In this document: piece by piece, positions 1 to 8,675 of the stretch | Layout of the letters: the number at the start of each line of letters is the position of its first letter | How positions within the stretch are numbered: position 1 is the first letter of the stretch | Assembly (NCBI GenBank): GCA_001552015.1 | Contig: CP010514.1 | Coordinates: forward strand, 330,001-362,000 | DNA: 32,000 bases | Reading direction: 5' to 3' | Source of the DNA: Candidatus Nanopusillus acidilobi | GTDB lineage: Archaea > Nanobdellota > Nanobdellia > Nanobdellales > Nanobdellaceae | The notes under the pieces: model-generated | Databases searched by the model: none | What the model was told of the DNA's origin: nothing | The model's input: the letters and a program-made list of their open reading frames with translations, nothing else | Translations under genes and position numbers: made by a program

Positions 1-1
1 A

Positions 2-280
2 TTATTTTTCTCTTTTTTCTCAGACAAAAAATTTAATATATTTAATTTATTAAAATTAGAACCTCTATACTTTTTTAAAGTTCCAAAAGATATTACAATA
101 AACATAGTTTATTCAAAATTACCTGATCAAAGTATAAATATAGATAAGAATAGTATTGAAAATATATTAAAGGATTTCTTTGAAGTAGATACTATACCTT
201 CATTATCAAAACCAATCCATATTTTAGAAAGTACAAACAGAGAATATAAAAGAAAATTTAGTAAAATTAAAAAATTATAA
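2..280 (+). CDS. 3' end of an unidentified protein gene (5' part lies outside the window)
   Basis: Frame 2 is open from the window edge to TAA at 278-280 (93 codons, ending ...KPIHILESTNREYKRKFSKIKKL). It is missing from the ORF track because no start codon lies in the window. It overlaps the convergent infB stop by 6 nt. No recognisable motif. Confidence 0.4.
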   Translation, partial: LFFSFFSDKKFNIFNLLKLEPLYFFKVPKDITINIVYSKLPDQSINIDKNSIENILKDFFEVDTIPSLSKPIHILESTNREYKRKFSKIKKL

Positions 281-2050
281 TCCCCAAGCAGGGTTTTCTT
301 TTCTTATTATATTTGCTATTTCTTTTAATATTTCCTTTTGCTCATCATTTAAAATATCTTTATTTTCCTTAAATTTCCTATAATCATTTTCAGATATAAA
401 AGTATATAATATATCATCTTCAAATATGTTTCTTCCAACTACTGCATCATCTATAGATATGGCAACTTTATCATTTTTTATAGCTACATCTATATTCTTC
501 TTTTCTTTTTGTATTGTCAAAATTCTTCCAATTATTTTTCCATCTAAATTAATTAAATATACATCTTTTCTTATTTCTCCTCCTAAAACTTCAATTCCAA
601 CAATTGCAGGATTTGATCTTCTAAATATATTTCCCTTTAATATTTTTATCTTTCCTATTGGTGGTAATTCTCTTAATATTTTTTCTTTATTATATTTTAT
701 ATCATTAATATATTTCTCAATTTTTTCAATCAAATCATATATAACACTTGATATTATTAAATTTATATTTGAAGATTTTACATATTCTTCATCATTCTTA
801 TTTATTCCAATATTAAATCCAACTATAACAGAATATTGAGGATATTTTTCTTTCATAGATAATGCAATATTTACATCTTCTTTATTTATATCCCCTATAT
901 CAGCTTTTTTTATTGGTATATTTCTATCTCTTAACATTTTTATTAATACTTCCAGTGATCCTAAAGTATCTGCTTTAACAATAATACCTTCCTTATCAGT
1001 TTGAAATATTATGTTTTCAATATCTTTTTTCAATTTTTCTTCTATTTCCTTTAATTCTTTTTCATCATTATATACATAGATTGTAGAACCTGGTAATGCA
1101 TTATCTAATCCATCTGCTGATATTCTTATCCCACATGCAGCATATGCAACATCTATTTCTTTAAATTTACTTCTACTAGTGAATCTAATATCTGTCAAAG
1201 GTGCTGGTTTTAATATTAATTTTACTTTTGCTGTTTTAATACCATCTCTTGATAAAAAAACAATTTTATCACCTTTCCTTATTTTACCATCATATAATAT
1301 TATATCTATTACACTACCTAAACCCTTTTCTTCTTTTACTTCTAAAATTACACCAACACCATTTCCTTCAACATTTATTTTTAATTTTTCTTCTAAATAT
1401 CTTTGAGAAAGTCCTGCAATTAATAATAATAAATCAGGAATACCTTCTCCAGTTTTTGAAGAAATTGGAACAATTGCAACTTGTCTTCTAAAATCCTTTA
1501 CTCTATCATATCTATCAGAATCAAATCCTAATTCATATAATTTAGTTACAATATTATATGTATATTCTTCTAATTTGTTTATTACTTTTTGATCTTGATA
1601 TTTTATACTTTCTAAAAATGGTTTATTTTCATAAGGTTTCCATCCATCTATTTTATCTATCTTATTTAATGCAATTAAAAATGGTACTTTTAATTGTTTA
1701 CATATTTCTATTGCTTCATATGTTTGCTTTTGAAACCCATCCAATATATCTACTACAATAATTGCTAAATCTGAAACAGATCCACCCCTTTTTCTTAAAT
1801 TACTAAATACTTCATGACCAGGAGTATCAATAAATAACAAAGAAGGAATTTTTAGATCAAATTTAAACATATTTAATAATGGTTTTGATATTTCCTTAAT
1901 TACATCAATCGATACTTCAGTAGCTCCAATATGCTGAGTCATTTCACCAGCTTCTTTTTTTGTATAAGATGTATTTCTAATCTTATCTAATAGAGAAGTT
2001 TTACCAGCTCCAACATGACCTAAAACAACAATTATTGGAGATCTTATCAT
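275..2050 (-). CDS. infB: Translation initiation factor aIF5B (IF-2 family GTPase)
   Basis: 591-aa ORF with an ATG start. G1 motif VLGHVGAGKTSLLD, G3 DTPGH and G4 NKID are present, followed by the beta-barrel and C-terminal domains typical of aIF5B. No intein-sized insertion. Confidence 0.95.
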   Translation of the reverse strand: MIRSPIIVVLGHVGAGKTSLLDKIRNTSYTKKEAGEMTQHIGATEVSIDVIKEISKPLLNMFKFDLKIPSLLFIDTPGHEVFSNLRKRGGSVSDLAIIVVDILDGFQKQTYEAIEICKQLKVPFLIALNKIDKIDGWKPYENKPFLESIKYQDQKVINKLEEYTYNIVTKLYELGFDSDRYDRVKDFRRQVAIVPISSKTGEGIPDLLLLIAGLSQRYLEEKLKINVEGNGVGVILEVKEEKGLGSVIDIILYDGKIRKGDKIVFLSRDGIKTAKVKLILKPAPLTDIRFTSRSKFKEIDVAYAACGIRISADGLDNALPGSTIYVYNDEKELKEIEEKLKKDIENIIFQTDKEGIIVKADTLGSLEVLIKMLRDRNIPIKKADIGDINKEDVNIALSMKEKYPQYSVIVGFNIGINKNDEEYVKSSNINLIISSVIYDLIEKIEKYINDIKYNKEKILRELPPIGKIKILKGNIFRRSNPAIVGIEVLGGEIRKDVYLINLDGKIIGRILTIQKEKKNIDVAIKNDKVAISIDDAVVGRNIFEDDILYTFISENDYRKFKENKDILNDEQKEILKEIANIIRKENPAWGL

Positions 2051-2080
2051 CTAAAAATAATTTATAAGAAAAACTTTTAT

Positions 2081-2875
2081 TTATGGCCATATCCATCTTC
2101 TATATAAACCTTTTTCATTTGCAAAATTATCTGCTTTTTGATATGATTCTATTGTACCAATATCAAACCAATATTCACTATTACCATCATATACATATCC
2201 ATATATTTTTTCTCCTCTTTTTATTAAATATTCGAAGAAATTTCCCATGGAATCTTTACTATAATTAGAATTCATATATTCATCTAATAAATGCAATTTT
2301 CCCTTTGGAATATAATATATTCCAGTGGATATTGTAGTATATAATGGATTTTGGGGCTTTTCATAAAATTCTTTTATTATATTATTTTCCATTTTTACTA
2401 CTCCATAATTTTTTGCATCATTATAATTTTTTATATCATATACTGCCAAAGCTATAGAATTATTTTCATTTCCCAATTTAATTATTTTATTTAAATTAAA
2501 GCTAAATAAATTATCTCCCAATAATATTAATAGATTATTATTTATGCTCATTTCTTTTATTGCATAATGTAAACCCCCAATTGATCCTAGCTTATTTTCT
2601 TCAGAATTTGATGGTTCAATTACTAATCTTATTTTTCCAATTTGAGAGTATTCATAAAAAGAATATAATGCTGCTAGAATATGTCTAAAATGATTTTCAT
2701 ATTTTTTATTTGTTGATATAATTATTTCATCCGAACCTGTTTCCAATGCTTTTTCTATTATATAATATATTAAAGGTACACCTCCTACTGGAAATAATGG
2801 CTTTGGTACATAATCTGATAATGGTTTAAATCTCTTTGCATAACCACCTGCTAATATTAAAGTATCTAAACTCAT
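2081..2875 (-). CDS. Sugar-phosphate nucleotidyltransferase (NDP-sugar pyrophosphorylase family)
   Basis: 264 aa. The N-terminal LILAGGYAKRFKPLSDYVPKPLFPVGG matches the G-x-G-x-R signature of glucose-1-P thymidylyl/uridylyltransferase-like enzymes. Substrate cannot be assigned. Confidence 0.8.
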   Translation of the reverse strand: MSLDTLILAGGYAKRFKPLSDYVPKPLFPVGGVPLIYYIIEKALETGSDEIIISTNKKYENHFRHILAALYSFYEYSQIGKIRLVIEPSNSEENKLGSIGGLHYAIKEMSINNNLLILLGDNLFSFNLNKIIKLGNENNSIALAVYDIKNYNDAKNYGVVKMENNIIKEFYEKPQNPLYTTISTGIYYIPKGKLHLLDEYMNSNYSKDSMGNFFEYLIKRGEKIYGYVYDGNSEYWFDIGTIESYQKADNFANEKGLYRRWIWP

Positions 2876-2897
2876 AAAGAAAAATTATCAAAAAAAT

Positions 2898-5800
2898 TTA
2901 TGAATAAAATAGTTCATAATTTCCAAATCCTTGTGGTATAAATGTATTATTTGTAGATATTATATTTCCATTACCTCCTACTATCTTTTCTACAATATAA
3001 CTAGTAGCAGATAATAGATTAATAAATGTAATATTTCCATTTATATTTCCTATTATTGATATTCCTTCATAATAATTATATAATGTGTTATTTACATTCG
3101 TACTAGATATTACACTACTTAAACTATTTATGAATCCTTGTGAATTATTATAATATACATTTACACTTCCTGTAGATGTTGTTAAATTATCTATATATCC
3201 ACTTCCATATATTTCAATACCTAATTGTGAATTATATAATGATATGTTTGTTGCATTACCTGTTAAATAATATCCAAATAATCCTCCATTTGTTGTTACA
3301 TTTATTATATTATTATAAGCAGTTTCATATAATCCAAATACCTGTCCTACTTTTATATAATCATTTTCTATATTATTTCCTGAAGATGTTAAATATATTC
3401 CAAATATATTTGATTCTATATTGTTATTTATTATATTATTATTATTTCCATTATTTATCTTTATTCCAAATATGTTAGATATTACATTACTATTTTCTAT
3501 TACATTATTTACTGCATTTCCATCAAAATCTATTCCAAATATTTGTCCATTTATATTTGAATTATTTATTATTACATTATATGGATTGTCATCATATATT
3601 CCCCATACTGATGATTGAATATTTGTATTTTCTATTGTTGAATTTTGTATATAACCATATATTCCTCCTATATTTCCATTTATTGTAGAATTATATACAT
3701 TTACTACTGATGGATTCTTTACATCTATTCCAAACAATCCTGAATTTATATTATCATTTATTAAATTAATAGTTCCATTTTCTACATTTATTGCAAATAG
3801 ATTTGTATTAATATTTATATTCTGTATTGTTACATTTGATGATAATACATCTATAACAGGTAATCCTGGATTTGCAGGTTCAAATATTGTATTTTGTCCT
3901 AATAATGTTATATTTTGACCTTGTGGGTTTATTATTAAGTTTACTAAATATACTCCTGGAGAGAATACTACTACAGGTATAGAACTATTAATTGCTGAAT
4001 CTATTATTCCTTGTATTTGTGTATTACTTAATGTTGGATTTATTACTGATACATTATATGCATTTTGTGATATATATATTACCTGGGGATTTGTATATTG
4101 ATTTAATCCATAATTATTATATGCATATACTTTATACCATATTGAATAATATCCATTACTATTTAATTTTGCATATTCTTGTAATATTCCATTATATAAT
4201 ATATCTGAACATGAATTAATTATTGTTACCCATTGATTACTTGTTTGATTTAATAATTGTATTTGACAATAATCTTGACCTAAAGTATTATCATATACAT
4301 TTGCACTAACTTCTAATAACCATATATTTTCTTGTGTACCATTTGATGGTGTAGGATATGTATATGATACATTAAATATTGGTGAAGGTAATGTATAAAC
4401 ATATATTCCTGTTGAATTTGTTATTCCCTCAGGATTCGATGTTGATAATTCTATTGTAATATTTCCTCCATTTGGTATAATATTATATAATCCTGGTAAA
4501 TTATATGATGAATTTTCATAATTTAATTGAATAATATTATTACCTGGTGTTACATTTATATTATATGTTTGTCCATTTATTGTTACATTTACATTTGGAT
4601 AATTTGTATAGAATGATATATTTAGTTGATAATAATTTGATACTGAATTATTAGATGGGGATATAATATATATTTGTGGATTAACTATAGGAATTATTGT
4701 AATTGTAGTAGAATTCGTAACTCCGTTTGATGCAACACCAGTTACTGTTACACTATAAGTACCTGGTTGTATATTACTATTTGCACTTACTGTTAATGTT
4801 ACTGATGCATTTGGAGTAACAGTAGTATTAGATAAGGAACATTGTAGATTTGAATTACTTGTTGAACAAGATAAAGTAATAGATGCAGGAGTTCCACCAC
4901 TTAGTTGGGTAATATTTATTATTGTAGAATTCGAAGAACCAGCATTTACATACATACTACTTGGTCCCTGTATTGAGAATGAATATGGCTGTACATTAAC
5001 TGTTATAGTAGTAGAATTCGTAACTCCATTTTGCGCTGTACCTGAAATTGTTACTGAATATGTTCCTGGAGTAATTGAAGATGAAGCAGTAACAGTTAAA
5101 GTTACTGATGCATTTGGAGTAGCTTGAGTACTTGATAGTGAACACGATAAATAACTACTATTTGTAGAACAAGATAAGCTAACTGGTAATGGAGATCCGC
5201 TATTTAATTGAGTAATATTAATTGTTGCCGAATTAGAAGAACCCACATATGTATTAATACTACTTGGTCCCTGTATTGAGAATGAATATGGCTGTACATT
5301 AACTGTTATAGTAGTAGAATTCGTAACTCCGTTTGATGCAACACCAGTTACTGTTACACTATAAGTACCTGGTTGTATATTACTATTTGCACTTACTGTT
5401 AATGTTACTGATGCATTTGGAGTAGCTTGAGTACTTGATAGTGAACACGATAAATAACTACTATTTGTAGAACAAGATAAAGTAATGGATAATGGGGACC
5501 CACTATTTAATTGATTTACATATATTGTTGTAGAATTACTATAATTTGTATAAACATCTATACTACTTGGTCCCTGTATTGAGAATGAATATGGCTGTAC
5601 ATTAACTGTTATAGTAGTAGAATTCGTAACTCCATTTTGCGCTGTACCTGAAATTGTTACTGAATATGTTCCTGGAGTAATTGAAGATGAAGCAGTAACA
5701 GTTAAAGTTACTGATGCATTTGGAGTAACAGTAGTATTAGATAAGGAACATTGTAGATTTGAATTACTTGTTGAACAAGAAAGAGTAACTGGCAAAGGTG

Positions 5801-6527
5801 TGTTTCCTGTTAATTGATTTACATATATTGTTGTAGAATTACTATAGTTTGTATAAACATCTATACTGCTTGGTCCTGTAATATCAAAAGTAAATACTGG
5901 AAATCCTAATACTAATGCAGAAACATATTCCGTTGATCCTGGACCAGGGCCAACGTTAAATGAAACACTATAAGTACCTGGAGCTAAATCTTTACATTCC
6001 GCAGCATATACACTTATTTGAGGTGAAGATGTTAAAAATAATTGAGAACATCCATTAGGTAATGTTACCCCACCAATATTACCTCCATTCTTTGTTCCTC
6101 CCGAGGATATTAATATTAATACTGTTTCATTTTGCCCTGAAACAGTATATGAAACTGTTACTGGACCTGGTCTATTATATGTATTTGTAAAAGTAGTTAA
6201 AATAACTGGAACAGAATAATTATTTATAGAAACTCCACCAATTGCATAATTATTAGCTGTAGTAGTAAATGAACAGGTATTTGTACTAGAATTTCCAATT
6301 ACTGCATAATTTCCATTATTTACCATTACATTAAAACTTGGAGTAAGGGTTGAACCTGCAGAAGAAGCAACACAATAATATATATTTGCTGTAGATAATG
6401 TTACACTCTTAGCTTGAGCACTATTACTTCCAACAACATCTGCTCCAACCTGTGAATATATATTAAATGTAGAAATTAACAATAGAAGGCTTACTATAGC
6501 AAAATATAATATTCTTTTTATTCCCAT
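2898..6527 (-). CDS. Large secreted surface protein: signal peptide, four 101-aa Ig-like tandem repeats and a C-terminal parallel beta-helix (candidate adhesin or S-layer-associated glycoprotein)
   Basis: 1209-aa ORF with an ATG start. N-terminus MGIKRILYFAIVSLLLLISTFNIYS is Sec-signal-like. Residues ~211-611 form 4 repeats. Residues ~905-1110 show a 20-23-aa periodicity (xFGIxx). Very many N-x-S/T sequons. Only 2 Arg, about 10 Lys and no His by my reading. Confidence 0.85.
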   Translation of the reverse strand: MGIKRILYFAIVSLLLLISTFNIYSQVGADVVGSNSAQAKSVTLSTANIYYCVASSAGSTLTPSFNVMVNNGNYAVIGNSSTNTCSFTTTANNYAIGGVSINNYSVPVILTTFTNTYNRPGPVTVSYTVSGQNETVLILISSGGTKNGGNIGGVTLPNGCSQLFLTSSPQISVYAAECKDLAPGTYSVSFNVGPGPGSTEYVSALVLGFPVFTFDITGPSSIDVYTNYSNSTTIYVNQLTGNTPLPVTLSCSTSNSNLQCSLSNTTVTPNASVTLTVTASSSITPGTYSVTISGTAQNGVTNSTTITVNVQPYSFSIQGPSSIDVYTNYSNSTTIYVNQLNSGSPLSITLSCSTNSSYLSCSLSSTQATPNASVTLTVSANSNIQPGTYSVTVTGVASNGVTNSTTITVNVQPYSFSIQGPSSINTYVGSSNSATINITQLNSGSPLPVSLSCSTNSSYLSCSLSSTQATPNASVTLTVTASSSITPGTYSVTISGTAQNGVTNSTTITVNVQPYSFSIQGPSSMYVNAGSSNSTIINITQLSGGTPASITLSCSTSNSNLQCSLSNTTVTPNASVTLTVSANSNIQPGTYSVTVTGVASNGVTNSTTITIIPIVNPQIYIISPSNNSVSNYYQLNISFYTNYPNVNVTINGQTYNINVTPGNNIIQLNYENSSYNLPGLYNIIPNGGNITIELSTSNPEGITNSTGIYVYTLPSPIFNVSYTYPTPSNGTQENIWLLEVSANVYDNTLGQDYCQIQLLNQTSNQWVTIINSCSDILYNGILQEYAKLNSNGYYSIWYKVYAYNNYGLNQYTNPQVIYISQNAYNVSVINPTLSNTQIQGIIDSAINSSIPVVVFSPGVYLVNLIINPQGQNITLLGQNTIFEPANPGLPVIDVLSSNVTIQNININTNLFAINVENGTINLINDNINSGLFGIDVKNPSVVNVYNSTINGNIGGIYGYIQNSTIENTNIQSSVWGIYDDNPYNVIINNSNINGQIFGIDFDGNAVNNVIENSNVISNIFGIKINNGNNNNIINNNIESNIFGIYLTSSGNNIENDYIKVGQVFGLYETAYNNIINVTTNGGLFGYYLTGNATNISLYNSQLGIEIYGSGYIDNLTTSTGSVNVYYNNSQGFINSLSSVISSTNVNNTLYNYYEGISIIGNINGNITFINLLSATSYIVEKIVGGNGNIISTNNTFIPQGFGNYELFYS
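3198..3815 (-). repeat. About ten degenerate 20-23-aa beta-helix coils (PbH1-like) in the surface protein
   Basis: Aromatic-Gly motifs recur every 20-23 residues: LFAINV, LFGIDV, IGGIYG, VWGIYD, IFGIDF, IFGIKI, IFGIYL, VFGLYE, LFGYYL, IEIYG. They are separated by Asn-rich turns. Confidence 0.6.
4695..5897 (-). repeat. Four tandem 303-bp (101-aa) coding repeats inside the surface-protein gene
   Basis: The string gaatatggctgtacattaac recurs at 4981, 5284 and 5587 (period 303). Stretch 4705-4818 is identical to 5311-5424 (114 nt, offset 606). About 70 nt from 4801 equals the stretch from 5710 (offset 909). Confidence 0.95.
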
Positions 6528-6600
6528 GAGATATTAGAAAACATTGCCCAATATAAAATTATGATTGTTAATAACCTTAATCATTTATGATAATCGAACC

Positions 6601-6674
6601 CGGGCCCGGGGGGATTCGAACCCCCGATCTTCGGGTTAAAAGCCCGACGCTTTACCAGACTAAGCTACGGGCCC
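6601..6674 (-). tRNA. tRNA-Lys (anticodon UUU)
   Basis: Folded by hand: GGGCCCG TA GCTT AGTCTGGTA AAGC G TCGGG CTTTTAA CCCGA AGATC GGGGG TTCGAAT CCCCC CGGGCCC G. Length 74 nt, no intron, no encoded CCA. Confidence 0.9.
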
Positions 6675-6718
6675 AACAATATTTAATTTATATTTATGAT
6701 TCTTATATAAATTTTTCA

Positions 6719-7405
6719 TTATCCATATAAAGATATATAGTTTATAGATCCATTGAAATATTGAAAATAATTTAAATATACTGTTGGATAAATATTCATT
6801 AATATGTTTGGAAGACCAACAATTTTATCCCCATTATACAAGTATAGTACTGTATTATAATTATTTATAATTAAGAATTTTTCATTTGTATTTATATAAA
6901 TACTAGAATTTCCAATTAAATTAAAATTACAATATAGGAAAGTTCTTGTATATACACTAAAAAATGAAGAACTTAAATAATTATCACAATTATAATATGC
7001 AGAATTGTTTGTTATATTAATATTTTGTGTTATTCCATATATATAAACTTGTAAAATAGATGATACATTTATATTAGAGTTCTGAATTATTTCTATATTG
7101 TTTGAACTCATATTATAAAAAAATTCTATACAATTATTACAAATGTATGAGTTTGTAGATAGAAATATAACATCTGGAGTATAATAATATGAAAAAGAAA
7201 AATTTGTATAATTATATACTATTTGTGGATCATAAAATTGAGAAAAATAAAAAGAACTGGTATATAATTTTTGATATTCAGATATTTTATATAATCCGGA
7301 AGAATATTGAGATAATCCATTGACTATATCTTGATACATATAAACTATAATGTATAAAAATACAGCAAGTGTAATCAATACCTCGATCCAGCTTTGAGAT
7401 TTCAT
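6719..7405 (-). CDS. Hypothetical pilin-like, N-anchored and sequon-rich extracellular protein
   Basis: 228 aa with an ATG start. The N-terminus [24 protein letters not shown] has a short basic leader, then a hydrophobic helix with Glu at +5 if cleaved after Ser3. At least 8 N-x-S/T sequons. ATGA overlap with the upstream platform gene (7402-7405). Confidence 0.6.
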   Translation of the reverse strand: MKSQSWIEVLITLAVFLYIIVYMYQDIVNGLSQYSSGLYKISEYQKLYTSSFYFSQFYDPQIVYNYTNFSFSYYYTPDVIFLSTNSYICNNCIEFFYNMSSNNIEIIQNSNINVSSILQVYIYGITQNINITNNSAYYNCDNYLSSSFFSVYTRTFLYCNFNLIGNSSIYINTNEKFLIINNYNTVLYLYNGDKIVGLPNILMNIYPTVYLNYFQYFNGSINYISLYG

Positions 7406-8658
7406 ATTGTTACATTAATACTTTGTTTTTGTATATATTTTTTCCCATTATAATTTAATATTGCTTCTACAATATATGTACCAGTGCTATTTAATTCGAT
7501 AGACTGAGAATAATATCCATTCTGTAATATTTGAAAATTCTGGTAAACATAATTTCCAGCTGAATTTATTACATATATTGTTAATGGGGCATTTGTTATT
7601 GGTTGTGCATCAATATATCCATATACTTGTATATTTATTGGAGTATATACATAAGCAGTTGTTGGAAAAACTTGTAAATTAAATGATACAAAAGAGGGTA
7701 GAACAAAAATTACTATAGATAATAATCCTATTAAATTGTTTATTGCTAAATGTTTTACTGAAGATCTTAATTTTCCACTTTCAGCAATGCCCATTATAAT
7801 TGATGCTGAAATTCCTACCATAATTATTGATAAAGATGTAATAAACTTTAACCATGAATAATTTATTTGAGAAGAAAAGAAATTAAATGTTGTATGAATG
7901 GTAGAAACTGAAATTTGACTTATTATCAATGGTTTAATTGTATCTAATATAGAAATTGATAATCCAACAAATATAATGAATATAGCATATAAAACCAATA
8001 TTTGTTGTGATATATATGCTCTCTTTAGTCCATCCAATTCCTTTACGGACTCTAGATCATTATATAACCTTTTTAAAACCTTTGAAATATCACCCCCACC
8101 CTTATATGTTTCTAATATTACATAATTAATCATCTTTATATTTGGAAGTTCTTCAAAATACATATTAAATAGTGTAAATGCCTTTTCAAATGGCATACCC
8201 CAAGCAATCCAATTATATAATTTTTTAACTAAAATAGATAAATATCCTAAATCTACCGAAGATAGATATGCCAGAGCATCCAATAATGTCATTCCGGATG
8301 CTAAACTTTCAGATAAATAAGATAAAAAATATGTATAGTTATTAGATATATTTTCATATATTTTACTTTCAATATACTTGTAAAATAGGTATGGAACTCC
8401 TCCCACAAGATATATAACTATTATTAATATTGAAAGTGCTACATAATTTTCATATAATTTAAATATTATTCCAAATATTCCAATAATTGATGCAAACAAA
8501 ATAGATATATATAATATAAATCTATCTTCCTTAATATATGAACCAAAAACATTTATTTCTTTATAATGTAATGGATCCTTTATATTGAAAATTTGATCTA
8601 TAAATCTTTCAGTTAATCCTTTTTGATTTACCCCTTTATTATATGTATTAGTTATCAT
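7402..8658 (-). CDS. Single-domain T2SS-F/FlaJ/TadC-like polytopic membrane protein with an extra C-terminal beta-rich domain
   Basis: The ORF track starts it at 8682, but that codon is TTG; the first ATG is at 8658. Cytoplasmic helical domain LSESLASGMTLLDALAYLSS...ETYKGGGDISKVLKRLYNDLES is flanked by TM segments. The C-terminal ~90 aa (FPTTAYVYTPINIQVYGY...TYIVEAILNYNGKKY) look like a beta-sandwich. Confidence 0.7.
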   Translation of the reverse strand: MITNTYNKGVNQKGLTERFIDQIFNIKDPLHYKEINVFGSYIKEDRFILYISILFASIIGIFGIIFKLYENYVALSILIIVIYLVGGVPYLFYKYIESKIYENISNNYTYFLSYLSESLASGMTLLDALAYLSSVDLGYLSILVKKLYNWIAWGMPFEKAFTLFNMYFEELPNIKMINYVILETYKGGGDISKVLKRLYNDLESVKELDGLKRAYISQQILVLYAIFIIFVGLSISILDTIKPLIISQISVSTIHTTFNFFSSQINYSWLKFITSLSIIMVGISASIIMGIAESGKLRSSVKHLAINNLIGLLSIVIFVLPSFVSFNLQVFPTTAYVYTPINIQVYGYIDAQPITNAPLTIYVINSAGNYVYQNFQILQNGYYSQSIELNSTGTYIVEAILNYNGKKYIQKQSINVTI

Positions 8659-8675
8659 TATACTTTTAATTTTGG

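Noticed and set aside
426-1761. ORF-track entries 426-839, 1179-1406, 1249-1491 and 1558-1761 (+), which lie antisense inside infB
   Set aside because: They sit entirely within a strongly supported gene on the other strand. Their translations are low-complexity and Phe/Leu/Ile-rich, as expected from the reverse complement of Lys/Asn/Glu-rich AT-rich coding DNA. No motifs.
2083-4219. Antisense ORFs 2083-2268, 3176-3478, 3421-3618 and 3992-4219 (+)
   Set aside because: They are nested inside the nucleotidyltransferase and surface-protein genes. Their low-complexity Leu/Ile/Tyr/His strings are typical shadow ORFs of AT-rich DNA.
4695-5897. Regularly spaced 303-bp repeats, considered as a possible CRISPR array or mobile-element repeats
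   Set aside because: The units are contiguous with no unique spacers, are far longer than CRISPR repeats, and lie in-frame within one long ORF. They encode 101-aa domain repeats, so this is a coding tandem repeat.
6585-6600. The 3' flank of tRNA-Lys reads GGTTCGATTATC on the tRNA strand, echoing the T-arm GGTTCGAAT. I considered it as a possible att-site remnant of an integrated element delivering the surface-protein cluster.
   Set aside because: Only 7-8 nt are shared. No integrase, second att copy or other mobile-element gene lies in the window, and composition on either side does not visibly differ. The match could easily arise by chance.
6528-6600. A 73-bp spacer upstream of the surface-protein gene, scanned for a C/D-box sRNA or a split-tRNA half
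   Set aside because: It has only an imperfect C-box-like AUGAUUA, no D box (CUGA) and no GC-rich stem. It is most simply the promoter and 5' region of the surface-protein gene plus the tRNA-Lys trailer.
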